64,000 nucleotides of DNA from the NCBI RefSeq assembly GCF_963921235.1, contig NC_086108.1, forward strand, positions 102,426,001-102,490,000, read 5' to 3'. Position numbers and translations under genes: made by a program. Source of the stretch: Mobula hypostoma. Taxonomy: Eukaryota. Of the stretch, positions 51,005-64,000 are shown in pieces. The notes below the pieces were generated by a model. It was not told the DNA's origin. It was given only the letters and a program-made list of their open reading frames with translations, and searched no databases. Positions within the stretch are counted from its first letter, which is position 1; each line of letters opens with the position of its first letter.

Positions 51005-51365
51005 TATTAGGGTGGTTAAGAAGGCCTGTGGTGTTTTAGCCTTCATTAGTTGGGGGATTGAGTTCAAGAGCCGTGAGGTAATAATGTTCCACCGCTAGAC
51101 CACACTTGGAGTATTGTGTTTATTTCTGGTTGCCTTATTACATGAAGGATATAGAGGCTTTAGAGAGGATGCAGAAGTGATTTAACAGGATGCAGCCTGG
51201 ATTAGAGAGCATGTCTTAAGAGGAAAGGTTGAGTGAGCTAGAGCTTTTATCTTGGGAGTGAAGAAGGATGAAATGTGAGATGTTAGAGGTATACAAGCTG
51301 ATAAGAGGCATTGGTAGAGTGGACAGCCAGTGCCATTTTCCCAAGGAGGCAAAGACTAATACAGG
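51005..51365 (+). mobile_element. CR1-type LINE 3' fragment
   Basis: RPHLEYCV-like and LERMQ..FNRM-like degenerate motifs. Confidence 0.65.
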
Positions 51366-51374
51366 GCTTAAATT

Positions 51375-52601
51375 TACCCTTTGATGCTCTGGCTAATTAA
51401 GAACCTATCTGTCTCTGTCTTAAATATACCCAATGACTTGGTCGCCACAGCCATCGTGGCAGCAAATTCCACAGATTTACCACCCTCTGACTAAATTAAT
51501 TTCTCCGCATCTCAGTTCTAAATGGATGTCCTTGAAACCTGAAGTCATGACCTCTTGTTCTAGAAATCCCTACCATGGGAAATAACTTTGCCCTATCTAA
51601 TCTGTTCAGGCCTTTTATCATTCAGAATGTTTCCATGAGATCCTCCCTCATTCTACTGAACTCCAGGGAATACAGCCCAAGAGCTGCCAGACATTCCTCA
51701 TATGGTAACCCTTTCATTCCTGGAATCATTCTTGTGAATCTTCTCTGAACCCTCTCCAATGTCAGTATGTCCTTTCTAAAATAAGGAGCCCAAAACTGCA
51801 CACAATACTCCAAGTGCGGTCTCATGAGTGCATTATAGATCCTCAACATCACATCCCTGCTTTTATATTCTATACCTCTAGAAACGAATGCCAACATTGC
51901 ATTCACCTTCTTCACAACCAATTCAACCTGGAAGTTAAACTTTAGGGTATCCTGCACAAGGACTCCCAAGTCCCTTTGCATCTCTGTACTTTGAATTTTC
52001 TACTCATCTAAATAATAGTCTTTCCATTTATCTCGTTCACCAGAGTGCATGACCATACACTTTCCAATATTGTATTTAATTTGCCACTTCTTTGCCCATT
52101 CTCTTAAACTATCCAAGTCTCTCTGCAGGCTTTTTGTTTCCTCAATACTACCCGCTCCTCCACCTATCTTTGTATCATCAGCAAATTTAGCCACAAATCC
52201 ATTAACACCGTAGTCCAAATCATTGACATACATCATAAGAAGCAGCAGTCCCAACACCAACCCCTGTGGAACTCCACTGGTAACCGGCAGCTAGCCAGAA
52301 TAGGATCCCTTTATTCCCACTCTCTGTTTTCTGCCGACCAGTCAATGCTCCACCCATGCTGGTAACTTCCCTGTAATTCCATGGGCTCTTATCTTGCTAA
52401 GCGGCCTCATGTGCAGCACCTTGTCAAAGGCCTTCTGAGAATCCAAGTACACCATGTCTACTGCATCTCCTTTGTCTATCCAGCTTGTAATTTAAATTTT
52501 TTAGATTAGATTTTTTTTTAGATTATTTCCTCAAAGAATTGCAGTAGGTTTATCAGCCAGGATTTTCCTTTCAGGAAACCATGCTGGCTTTGGCCTATCT
52601 T
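51375..52601 (-). mobile_element. CR1-type LINE RT, 3' part (split by the Nimb insertion)
   Basis: VAKFADDTKIGG; RPHLEYCVQFWAP; LERVQRRFTRMIP. Confidence 0.9.
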
Positions 52602-52722
52602 ATCTGTCTGTCTGTATCTTGTTTTACGGCGGTTGGCATCCAGCTTAATGGTGCATTACCGGCACCCTCTGCTCTATACTGTGCACTAGACATACAATCT
52701 AAATCCCTTCACCCAATCACGT

Positions 52723-52761
<39 letters not shown>

Positions 52762-52825
52762 TATACAAACCTACACTTCACCCTCCCATCTTTGACCATC
52801 CTAGTATCCTATTCCTGTTTATTCA

Positions 52826-55800
52826 TCATATTCTATAAAAAACCCCTGTACCCCTTAAAAACGCTAAAAATACCTGGACTTGTGCTCTCTCACCCATGCC
52901 CAGCAACCCTTTTAATGTGAATTCCTGCATCCCCAACTCCCTTAATTTATTTCTCATCATCTCTCTCTGTATCCCATACTTCCTGCAACTCAGAACTACA
53001 TGTTCTACTGACTCCTCTTCCTGACATTTCTCACACAATCCTGTCTGGTGTTTCCCTATCATTTTCAATGTTTTGTTTAATGCACAATGCCCCAGCCTTA
53101 ACCTAGTCCACACAATTTCCTCTCTTCTGTTTCCATTACCTACCCTAGTAACTGCAACACTCTTTTGTATTTGATATAAATGCCTCCCTTTCCCCTCCCT
53201 GTCCCATCTTTCTTGCCACATTCGGTTGACTTTTTCCCAGATTACACACTTAACCTCTGCTTTACTGATACTAATGTGCATTTCCACATTTTCTTTCTTT
53301 AACGCCCTCTTTGCCAACTCGTCCACCCTCTCATTCCCCTTCACCTCTACATGTGCTGGAACCCACAGAAATTTTACCTGACCTCCCTGATTTGCAATTC
53401 TTGTAACTAACTGAAGGACTTCATAAAGTACATCTTGCCGACTGTTTGTGTGAAAAGACCTTAAACTTGCTAGAACTGAGGATGAATCTGAACATATCAA
53501 TGCTTTGGCTTGTCTGGCTTTCTGCACCCATTGCAACGCAACCAACACTGCCAGCATCTCCACTGTAAACACCCCTAACTTATTAGATGTTCTTCTGCTG
53601 ATTCCAATTTCTTTTGCTGGTATTACCACCCCAAACCCTGTCACTCCTGTTTCAGGTTCCTTCACACCATCCATATAAATGTGAGTATAATCACTATACT
53701 TTTCCATCGCATGACAGTTAAATGCATTCACCAAATCTGTTTTATATCTTTCTTTCCTTTTTACCTCTAACAAATGCCAGTCTATGTCAGGCCATACAAG
53801 CTTCCATGGAGCTACAACCGGATAAACTACTGAAGGACTTATCCTCAGATCAAATACTCCACATTCTTTCGCGATATCATTCCCTACCTGACTAAAGGTA
53901 TCCCTCTGAAACCTCTCATTTTCCCAGCACTCCTGCAACACTCCTTTAGTAGGGTAAGGAATCATTGTGCCCCTGCAAGTTAGCCCAGAAGTTTGCCATC
54001 AGTTGCATCCTTCTTAGTTCCAAAGGCATTATTCCCATTTCTACCTGTAGGGCTGACACTGGTGACGTTTTAAAAGCCCCACTGCACACTCTCAAGGCCT
54101 GAGCCTGAATCACATCCAGTTTCTTTATAAGAGACCTAACTGCTGATCCATATACTATATTTCCATAATCCAATACAGATCTTACTAAAGCCACATACAT
54201 TCTCTTCAAAGCTGAATAACTTGCTCCCCATTCTCTACTAGTCAAACATCTCATCACATTTATTACTTTTTTACATTTCTCCTCAACTTTCCTGATATGG
54301 TCTGCCCATGTTAATCGTGAATCAAATATAACTCCCAGAAATTTAAATGATGCAACCCTTTCTAATTCAACCCCATACATCCTTAACTTCTTCCCTACCT
54401 CAACCCTTTTCCTGGTAAAAAAATACAGTTTGAGTTTTATCTACTGAAAATCTACATCCCCAATCATAACCCCACTCCACCACTTCATCAATTGCTTCTT
54501 GTAGTTTCCTGATTATATGGTCCATGTTCCTGCCTCATTTCCACAAGGCCCCATCATCCACAAACAGTGACCTACCTATATCCACTGATACCTTTGTGAA
54601 GACATCATTGATCATAATGATGGAAAGTAATGGGCTAATCACACTACCTTGAGGTGTGCCATTTTCCACTATGTACTGTTTTGATAATTCTGATCCAATC
54701 CGAACTTGAATTTTTCTACCAAACAAAAAATCTTTAATCTAATTAAAAACTCTCCCACCAACCCCCATCTTGTGCAGTTTAATTAATAATCCTTCTTTCC
54801 ACATCATATCATAGGCTTTTTCAATGTCAAAGAACACTGCCACTACTGACTCTTTATTTGCCTGGGCCTTCCTTATTTCAGTCTCTAACATAATCACTGA
54901 GTCCATGGAATTCCTTCCCTTTCTAAAACCACTCTGATAACTTGCCAGCATTCCCCTTTTCTCAAGCTCATATGATAACCTTTCTGTTATCATCCTTTCC
55001 ATTATCTTACATGTACTTGATGTTAATGCAATTGATCTGTAGCTAGTGGGTTTTGACAGATCCTTGCCAGGCTTCCTTATTGGAACTACTACTGCTTCTT
55101 TCCATGCACTTGGTAATCTTCCCTCCTCTCACACTCTGTTATAAAAATGCAGCAACTTCAAGAGCGCTCCTTCTCCTAGATTTTTTAGCATCACAGAGCA
55201 TATCAGATCTTTCCCTGGGGAGATTGGTCTCGATCTCTTTATTGCTCTCACCATTTCTGCTAATGTAAATGGATCATCAATTATATCATCTGTTCCTTCC
55301 CTCCTGCTTAACACACCTGAGTGTTGGCTCATTATTCTTTCCCTTCTTCTTCTCCCTTCTTCAGACAAATTTTCTGAACTGTGTATCAGTACAAATGACT
55401 TGGCCATGACCTCAGCCTTATCCCTACTGGAGACTGCAGTTTCCTCCTCAGATATCATTACTGGATATTCCTATGCCCTTCTATCTCCTCCCATCCTCTT
55501 AATCATTCCCCATATCTCTCCCACAGGTGTTGTTCTTCCTACCTTGTCGCAAAAACTCCTCCAACTTGCCCTTTTAGCTTGACGTATAGTTCTTCTCACC
55601 ATTGCCTGTGCTTTCTTATATTGAACCAAATGCTGCATATTATGGGTTCTTTTAACTAGCCTGAATGCTCTATTTCTGTTTTTTACAGCCTGACAACATT
55701 CCTCTGTCCACCATGATACCAGTTTTCTATTCATCCTATTTTTACTCCTAGGTATCCTAGATCCTCCTAGATACTCCTAGATCCTTCTGCTGCCATGATA

Positions 55801-56611
55801 ATTGCTGAAGTCACCTGACTGTTTAATTCATCTACATTTCCAGAAATATCAATCTTTGTCAACCCTTCTTCACCCAATTTCTAGAACTTACCCCAATCAG
55901 CTTTTTCAAACACCCACTTTGGGGTTCCGCCACCTGGTCTTACTTCAACTCTTTCACCCACTGAACACAAAACTGGGTAGTGATCACTGCCTACTGTTGA
56001 AGCAGTCCAAACTCCCCAGTTACTAATGCCAGCCAAGGTATTAGACACTAACGTAATATCTAACACTGACTCAGTTCCTGTTGTTATATCTATCCTTGTG
56101 CCGCTACCATCATTCATACACACCAAATCCCTTTCTTCCATCAAATCTTCAATTGCCTTTCCATTTGGATCTGTAATCTGATCCCCCCATATTGTGCTAT
56201 GAGCATTGAAATCTGCACACCACACTACTTTATGTCTGTTTTGTCCTTGTATCTTTAATAGGCTGTCCAAATCCAAACTTTTACATGGATTGTAGTAGTT
56301 AATTATAACCACTCCCTCCCCTCTCTCCCACACTTCCACCACTATGTATTCCTGATCATCTCCTTTTTCCAGTACCCTATATGGTATACCTTGCTCGATT
56401 AACATAGCACAACCTCCTCCTCCCCCTAGATTTCTATCTTTCCTTATCATTGTATACCCATATACCACAAAGTCTAAAGTTGGTTTCAACCAAGTTTCCT
56501 GAATACACACTACATCCAGTTTTACAACCATTTCTTTAATAAAGTGCTTGAATTCCTGGCTATTGGCCAGTAAGCTCTTGCATTCCATTGTAAAAGAATC
56601 ACCATAATTAG
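52826..56611 (-). pseudogene. ORF2 (endonuclease-RT-RNase H) of the Nimb-like LINE
   Basis: Fragments 55881-56624, 55129-55734, 54535-55002, 53946-54380 and 52826-53965 lie in collinear domain order. Confidence 0.9.
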
Positions 56612-56613
56612 TA

Positions 56614-57876
56614 TTAACCAACACATGACACTTCCTGGCTTGACTGATTACTGAGGTTCTCCCTCACTTCCTCCCATGACAGTCCTACAAACCCTAAATG
56701 GTTTACTGCTGCTTTGACCACCAGCTGAATTTTGTCACTTTTTGACTTTACCTCAGCCGTACTATTAATCACTCCTGCAATGAATGTTACTAGAGCCTTT
56801 TTGTCTACATAAATCCTGTCATTTGTTTTTTGTCGCATCTCTCGTATCCCTATTGCTCCCTGTTCATTAGGAGCATTATTCTGTTCTCTTGACATTCTTA
56901 CAGCTTCTGCATAAGTGATCTTTCTTTTCACTCTTATTTCTTGAATTTTAGTCTCCCGTCTCACAACCTCACACCCACTATATGCAACACTATGAGCTCC
57001 TCCACAATTGCAGCATTTTAGTTGAACTCCTGTTCCGCACTTTCCATAATCATGATCACTCCCGCATCTAGCACATCTCCTCTGCCTTTTACAGTTTTTA
57101 ACCACGTGTCCAAACCTTTGACAATTATAGCACCTCAGTGGTTTTGGCACATACACCCTTACTGGGTAACTCATGAAACCCAGGAACACTTTCCTTGGCA
57201 CTCTTTCTTCTTCAAATTCAATCAATACTGATTCACTTTCCTTTTTCACTCCCTCCTTTGTTGTTTTCAGTCTTTGAACATTCATTACTTTCCCTCCTTT
57301 GATATTCCTCTTTATCTCCTCCATATTTATACTCATTGGTATCCCCGTGATCACTCCTTTACAACCACTATTTTGTGCTCCCACCCTCCCAGTGTATTCC
57401 ACCTTGCATTTTCCTATCTCTTTTAGCTTGAGTGCTTTCTCAAGTTGTTCCTCATTCGCACATCTTACCAATAAGTTGCCATCATTAAGGACTTTTGCAA
57501 GTACTATTTCCCCTATCTTATTTGTCAGAGTTGTTGTTAGCACAAACGGGTTAATTTTCTTCATATGTCCCTGAGCCTTCTCATTAAACCTAATTATGAC
57601 AACACCTCCTCTCTGAGCTCATTCATCTTCCTCACTTTCAGAGCTTTCTCCACTATCATTTCTTATTCTTTTATTCTCTTTGTCTTGGGTTTTATTCATC
57701 CGACCCCTCACTACCTCCTCATTCCCTTTATTTCTCCCTTCACAATAATCCACCTCTCCCCAGCTGCCTAGCTCTGGTCCCAAGTCTCTATCCCTCTCCT
57801 TCTCCACTTTCTTTCCCTCAACCCCACCTCTTATCTTGTCCGCCATTACACGACCCCCTCCCAGCAATTTCCGTTC
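56614..57876 (-). pseudogene. ORF1 (gag-like, 3 zinc knuckles) of the Nimb-like LINE
   Basis: CYNCQRFGHVVKNC, CARCGSDHDYGKC, CCNCGGAHSVAYSGC; 5' part frameshifted. Confidence 0.85.
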
Positions 57877-58007
57877 CTTCCCCACTCTCTTTCCCTCAAC
57901 AGGTTCCAAACCACATTCACGCATCAAGCAAAACACAGCCAGCCCTTTGGAGAAGTCAAGAGTCCAACTCCCCGCCTGCTCGCGCCCGACGTCACTCGGC
58001 CTATCTT

Positions 58008-58845
58008 GTCATGTGCCTCCAGGTGCTCCATAATTTCATCCCTAACAATCGCTTCCAACAACTTCCCAACCACTGATGTCAGGCTAACAGGTCTATAGTT
58101 TCCTTTCTGCTGCCTCCCACCCTTCTTAAATAGCAGAGTAACATTTGCAATTTTCCAGTCATCTGGTATAATGCCAGAATCCATCGATTCTTGAAAGATC
58201 ATCGTTAATGCCTCCGCAATCTCTCCAGCTACTTTCTTCAGAATCCGAGGGTGTATTCCATCAGGTCCAGGAGATTTATCTACCCTCAGACCATCAAGCT
58301 TCCTGAGCTCCTTCTCGGTCGTAATTTTCACTGCACAAGCTTCACTTCCCTGACACTCTTGAATGTCCGGTATACTGCAGATATCTTCCACTGGGAAGAC
58401 TGTTGCACAATACGCATTCAGTTCCTCGGCCATCTCTGCATCTCTCATTACAATATCTCCAGCATCATTTTGTATTGGTCCTATATCTACCCTCGGCTCT
58501 CTTTTACCTTTTATATACTTCAGAAAGCTTTTAGTATCTTCTTTGATATTAGTCGCCAGCTTCCTTTCATAATTCATCTTTTCCTTGCTTATGACCTTCT
58601 TAGTTTCCTTCTGCAAGTTTTTAAAAGCTTCCTGATTCTCTATCTTCCCACTAGCTCTGGCTTCCTTGTATGCCCTCTCTTTTGCTTTTACTTAGGCTCT
58701 GACCTCACTTGTTAGCCATGGTAGTGTCCTTCTTCCTTTTGAAAATTTCTTCTTATTTGGAATCTGTCTTGCACTTCCCTCATTTTTTGCAGAAACTCCA
58801 GCCAATGCTGCTCTGCTGTCCTTCCTGCTATGGTCCCTTTCCAGG
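58008..58845 (-). mobile_element. CR1-type LINE, 5' part (continues 51375-52601)
   Basis: KSPGPDGIHPRILK; DWKIANVTLLFKKG; NYRPVSLTSVVGK. Confidence 0.9.
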
Positions 58846-61489
58846 AGGGACATTTCTCCCATTTAGGAGACTTTTAGGTAAACACATGGATGAAAAGAAA
58901 TGGAGGGCAATGTAGGGGGGGAAGGGTTAAATTGATCATGGAGCAGGTTAAAAGGCTGGCACAACATTGTGTGCTGAAGCGTCTGTACTGTGCTGCTCTG
59001 TTCTTTGACAGTTCCTGAAAACACCAGGCCTAATTCAATCAGAGTGAAGATCATAGAATTGTTATAACTCTAAAGGAGACTGGGAGGAGTAAGAAGAGCT
59101 ATGGTCCAGGTGCAGGTCGATGGGACTAGGCAGAATAATAGTTTGGCCTGAACTAGATGTGTCAAAGGGCCTGCTTCTATGCTGTAGTGTTCTCGACTCA
59201 ATGACTCTGATCCTATGTGGCCATTCAACGCATAGACATCTTGCTGTGCAAGTGCGGTTAATGTATACTGCAGCAAATCAAGTTGAGCTCATGAAGAGTA
59301 AATCAATCTGACTTTATTGCCATGTGCACAGTAAAAATTGAAGGTAAATTTTATTATCTGAGTACGTATGTGTCACCATATACAACCCTGAGATTCATTT
59401 TCATGGAGACATACTCAATAAATCTATAAAATAATAACCATAACAGAATCAATGAAACACTGCCCGACTAGGGCGTTCAACCAGCGTGCAGAAGGCAACA
59501 CACTGTGCAAATAAAAAATGAAGAAATAATAATAAATAAATAAGCAATAAATACCAAGAACATGAGATATCAAGTCCTTGAGAGTGATTCCATAAGTTGT
59601 GGGAACATTTCATTGATGGAGCGAATGAAGTTATCCCCTTTGGTTCAGTTAGTAACTGTTCCTGAACCTGGTGGTGTGAATCCTGAGACTTCTGTACCTT
59701 CTTTCTGATGGCAGCAGTGAAAAGAGAACATGTCCTGGGTGATGGGGCCCTAATGTTGGATGTCGCTTTCCTGCAGCAGCATTTCATGCAGATGTGCTTA
59801 ATGAGAGTGCTTTACCCTGCTTTAGCCATGAAGGACTGGCCCGTATCCACTACTTTTTATGATTTCTGTTCAAGGGCATTGGTGTTTCCATACTAGGCTG
59901 TGCTGCGGCCCGTCTGTAAACTATAGAAGTTTGTCAAAGTTTTAGATGTCATGCTGAATCTCCAAACACTTCCAAGGAGGTAGAGGCACTGCCAGGCTTT
60001 CTCCGTAATTGCATTTACGTGCTGGGCCCACGACAGGTCCTTTGAAATAATAACACTGAGGAATTTAAAGCTACAAACCGTGTCCACCTCTGATCCTCCG
60101 ATGAGGACTGGCTCTTGGACCTCTGGTTTCATTCTCCTGAAGTATGGTGATGGACAGGTACAATGAAAATCCTGCTTGCAGTAGCATTATAGTCATGTGG
60201 ACATCACGCAGAATAGAAATTATATATAAAATAATACTATAAAGTGAAAACAAAACTGCCAATGCAAGACCTTAGTGCGAAGACAAGTCATGGTAGTGCA
60301 AGAGAGGGTTAGGCTGGACAGGTCAGTTCATGAACCTGATGGCTGTGGGCAAATCGCAACAGCGAGAACGTGGTGGTGTGTGACTTCATTGGTCATTCTG
60401 TTGGGAAACTGTAGCGATTAGGGTTTTGCAGGAACAGAATGGTTGAAGGGACATAACCCCGTTCTTGAACCCAGTAGTGTGGGGAATGCATTGTTTGTGT
60501 AAACAAACAACACTCCCTAGGATGTGATGGGGGTAGTCTGCAAGTGTCGCCACATATTTCACCAGCAACATTAGCATGTCCATAGTTTTCCACAGAGAAC
60601 AACACATGCAGCAGCAGCATCAACAGCAACCAAACGAAACAGGACAACACCAACAAAACAAACCCTTTTCCCACCCTCCCTCCCCCTGACACACACAGGC
60701 CTTCAACCCCAGGCCTGACTGGCTCTGGGCCTTCCGTCCTTGACCCTGGAATAATAGTAGCTGTGAAATGATGGCCGAGATAATGGGGGCCTTTGATGAT
60801 GGATGTTACCTTCTTCAGGTAGTACAATGGTGGGGAGGGATGTGCCTGTTCAGGGTCCACAACTCTCTGTGGCTTCTTAGAGGGCTCTGTCGACAGGGGT
60901 AGAGGGGAAGCTACAGTTTAGAAAAAAGAAATTCAACTCAGGGATACAAATAAAGACTTCATTGTTAGGAGGAGAACTAATACAATGCTTGCAGAAGGTC
61001 AAGGGAATTACCTGAGGCTGCAGAAGCTCGGTCGTCAGGGAAACGCAACCACACAATTAGAGTGGAAAGGTGAAATGGATGAATGGTATTCTCAAAGGGT
61101 AAAGGCCCCTGTAGCTTCTGAAATGTATTTCCTTCACTGAAAGGCAGATAGTCATCTTGCTGTAGTTTAAAATTTAGATGTGAGTAAATCTTACTTACAT
61201 TGGTATTTTTTTTAAATAAAGTATTTATCTGAAGATTTTGTATGAGCACAGGTGCTCAGAGGCTTTCAAAGTATTTCGTTTTCCTCAGTTTGAGCATTAA
61301 TCACAAATACAAAGGAATCCCAAATCTCATTTTCACGGGATCTACTTGCTAAAAGCTGGAAATGGTTCAGGACTGGTGGTCCCCAGTGGTCTATGCTGGT
61401 AATTCATTGATAGACTCACTACCTCTAAGGGTCAATTGCTTTGATTCCCTTGATATGAATTCAGATTTGGGAAGTCTGACAGGTAAAAG

Positions 61490-62265
61490 AACATAGAACA
61501 CTACAGCACAGTACAGGGCCTTCGGCACATGATGTTGTGCTGGCTTGTTACCCCACTGTCCGATTAATCCAACCCTTCCCTCCCATATAGCCTTCCATTT
61601 TTCTTTCATCCATTCATCCAGTCTCTTAAATGTCCCCAATATATCTGCCTCCACCACTACCTCTGCCAGTGTGTTCCATGCAGCTACCACTCTGTGTAAA
61701 TAATTTTTCAAAATCTACTGCTAAACTTTCCTCCAGACACCTTAAAATTATGCCCTCTTGTATTAGCAATTTCTGCTCTGGGGAAAAATCTGTAGCTATC
61801 CCTCTATCAATGCCTCTCATCGTCTTGTACACCTCTATCAAATAATCTGTCATCCTCTTTCAATTCAAAAAGTTCCCAGCTCACTCAAACGGTCATCTTA
61901 AGACATGTTCTCTCATCCAGTTAACATCCTGGTAAAACTCTTCTACACCTTCTCTAAAGCCTCCATATCCTTCCTGTAATGAGGCAACCAGAACTGAACA
62001 TAATACCCCAAGTGTGGTCTAACCAGAGTTGTATAGAGCTGCAACATTATCTCCCAGCTCTTGAACTCAATCCCCTAACTAACGAAGACCAGTACTCCAT
62101 AAGCCTTCTTACCCACCCAATCAACTTCGGCAGCAATTTTGAGGGATCTGTGGATGTGGACCCTAAGGTCCTTCTGTTCCTCCACACAACCAGGAGTACT
62201 ATCATTAACCTTATACTCCGCCTTCAAAAGTGCATCATATACTTTTCCCGATTAGGCATAGATTA
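61490..62265 (-). mobile_element. CR1-type LINE 3' fragment
   Basis: LIEVYKTMRGIDR; RVVAAWNTL; agaacat tail repeats. Confidence 0.75.
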
Positions 62266-64000
62266 AGACTAATCCATACAGATGAAAGTAAAGGCTATCC
62301 AACTATTAATATCCAAATAAAAGTCCGATTTATAATTTATTCAACTATCAATGCCCTCCTTTGCATCAACACCAATTCAGTCTGAGGATATGCTGGGGGC
62401 AGCCCGCATGTGTTGCCATGGTTTTGGTACCAGTGCAGCATGCCCACAACTTGCTAACCTAACCCATACACCCTTGGAATACCAGAGGAAACCAGAAACC
62501 AGAGCACCTGGAGGACATCCACAGGGTCCCGAAGGGAACCTATAAACTCCTTACAGGGAACAGCAGGAACTGCACCTAGTTGCTGGCACTGTGAAGTGTT
62601 ACACTGGCTGATACAATTATTAGGTTACTAGATCAGCACAGCATCGTGGTCTGAAGGACCTGCTTATGGTGCTGTACTTTCTAGGTTCTATGTTCCACTT
62701 AACTTGTACTTCACAAATAACATGCTGCGAGAATGAATTGAAGCTGCAGTTTCAACTGTTCACAAGATGCATTGCACTGTCTTGGTAATAGTTACTGAAA
62801 TAAATGTTCTATTGCCTCTTCTTGTAGATGAGGCCATCATTCTTTGTGGTTAAAAATACACTGGGATATCAAAAGCAATGATAAGCAAACGTAACCATCG
62901 GTGTTCTCTGCTGATCTGAAAATAACTCAGCATCAATTCAGAACATCAACAAACGGTCACTGGGGTACCAGACTGAGGCACAGCTCTCAAAGCAATATTA
63001 TATCAGCAAGAAACCATTCCCAGATTGTTTCCTTGATTAAACCAGGGCACAATCAACTCTGCCCTCACCTCTTTCATTTTCCTTTCCCTATGCCATGTCA
63101 TTCCCACTCCCAGATCAATTCTATTCTAAATTCACTCCTCAGATCTTTGTCAATCCCATTGATTCTCCCTCTCAATCACACAGCAGTTTCCCATCCTTGC
63201 CTTTAGCTCTTGTCTGCATTTGAGAATGGATAGGAAAAGTTTAGAGGGATATGGTGCAAATGCAGGCGAATGGGACTAGCTTAGATGGGCACCTTGTTTG
63301 GCATGAACCAGTTGGGTTGAAGGGCTCGTTTGCGTGCTGTATGATTCTATGCGAATCTATGAAACAGGCAAAAGATCCTCTGCCACCAGCTTTGTAATGG
63401 TCTGAACTGCATGAACAGTGAGAGAGAAAAGCTGTTCACTGTACCTTGGTACATTTTATCTATCTTTGTTTATTTTGAGATACACCGCAGAACACCCCAC
63501 TGTTTTGTTTTGTAACTTCAAAACATTAACATAATTCAAAGGAAGAGCGGGAGTCTGAAATGGCCATAAGATAGGGGAGCAGAATTAGGCCATCTGGTCC
63601 ATCGAGTCTGCTCCGCCATTCAATCATGGCTGATCTCCTCCTCAACCCCATTTTCCAGCCTTCTCCCCATCACCTTTGATGCCATGTCCAATCAAGAACC
63701 TATCAATCTCTACCTTAAATATACCCAAAGACCTGGCCTCCACAGCTGCATGTGGCAACAAATTCCACAAATGCAGGTCTAACTTCACGTTTACTTTAAG
63801 CAAGATGCACACGTACCATTTGGTAGTATGATGACATATGCAATTCACAGATTTTTTACATATAATCATAAGGAATTACATAAATAACAAAGATGCTTAA
63901 TCAAACAATATTTTTACTCAAATATTACTGAAATATTAATTACACAACACCAACAAGTCACACCATCCCCCCCACCCCCCCAGCATCCCACCTATTTAAC

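Larger units (their letters stand above)
52602..57997 (-). mobile_element. Full-length I-group (Nimb-like) LINE with ORF1 and EN-RT-RNase H ORF2, frameshifted
   Basis: TSD ggcctatctt (52592-52601 / 57998-58007); (acag)n tail; three CCHC knuckles in ORF1; IQETWL, DFNAH, SDH; DIEKAYD, PQGSVISP; RNase H CSDS, WVPAH..GNERVD.LAK. Confidence 0.9.

Noticed and set aside
52724..52757. (CA)n tract; also (AAAT)n at ~30205 and (AAAAT)n at ~11370
   Set aside because: Ordinary microsatellites within TE UTRs.
1..64000. CRISPR arrays, rRNA or prokaryotic operons
   Set aside because: No regularly spaced repeat-spacer array or rRNA-like sequence seen; the content is vertebrate TE-rich DNA.

Overview
Eukaryotic, vertebrate-type DNA. 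The repeat complement (Rex1/Babar, CR1, fish-type L1, Nimb, Penelope, tRNA-derived SINEs) suggests a cartilaginous fish, but that is inference. Most of the window is nested transposable elements, and I could not confidently identify an intact host protein-coding gene. Main contents: (1) a full-length but degenerate sushi/chromovirus-type Ty3/Gypsy element (743-5931) with a self-priming rather than tRNA primer site; (2) a second, inverted copy (16946-23021) carrying L1 > SINE-like > solo-LTR nested insertions; (3) a ~1.6-1.7 kb inverted duplication (12.2-16.1 kb) whose junctions look like replication template switches; (4) several Penelope-like fragments with minimal hammerhead ribozyme cores; (5) a near-intact, 5'-truncated L1; (6) a full-length Nimb/I-group LINE with RNase H; (7) a CpG-rich promoter-like island at ~25.3-26.1 kb. 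The standout is a 4.06-kb non-autonomous Gypsy LTR element (46280-50341) with both LTRs, a PPT and a 4-bp TSD. Its RNase H/integrase region appears to be replaced by intron-less, in-frame fragments of a sarcomeric myosin heavy chain rod (most like MYH16), inside a still-open 343-codon ORF. All protein similarities were recognised by eye; no searches were run.
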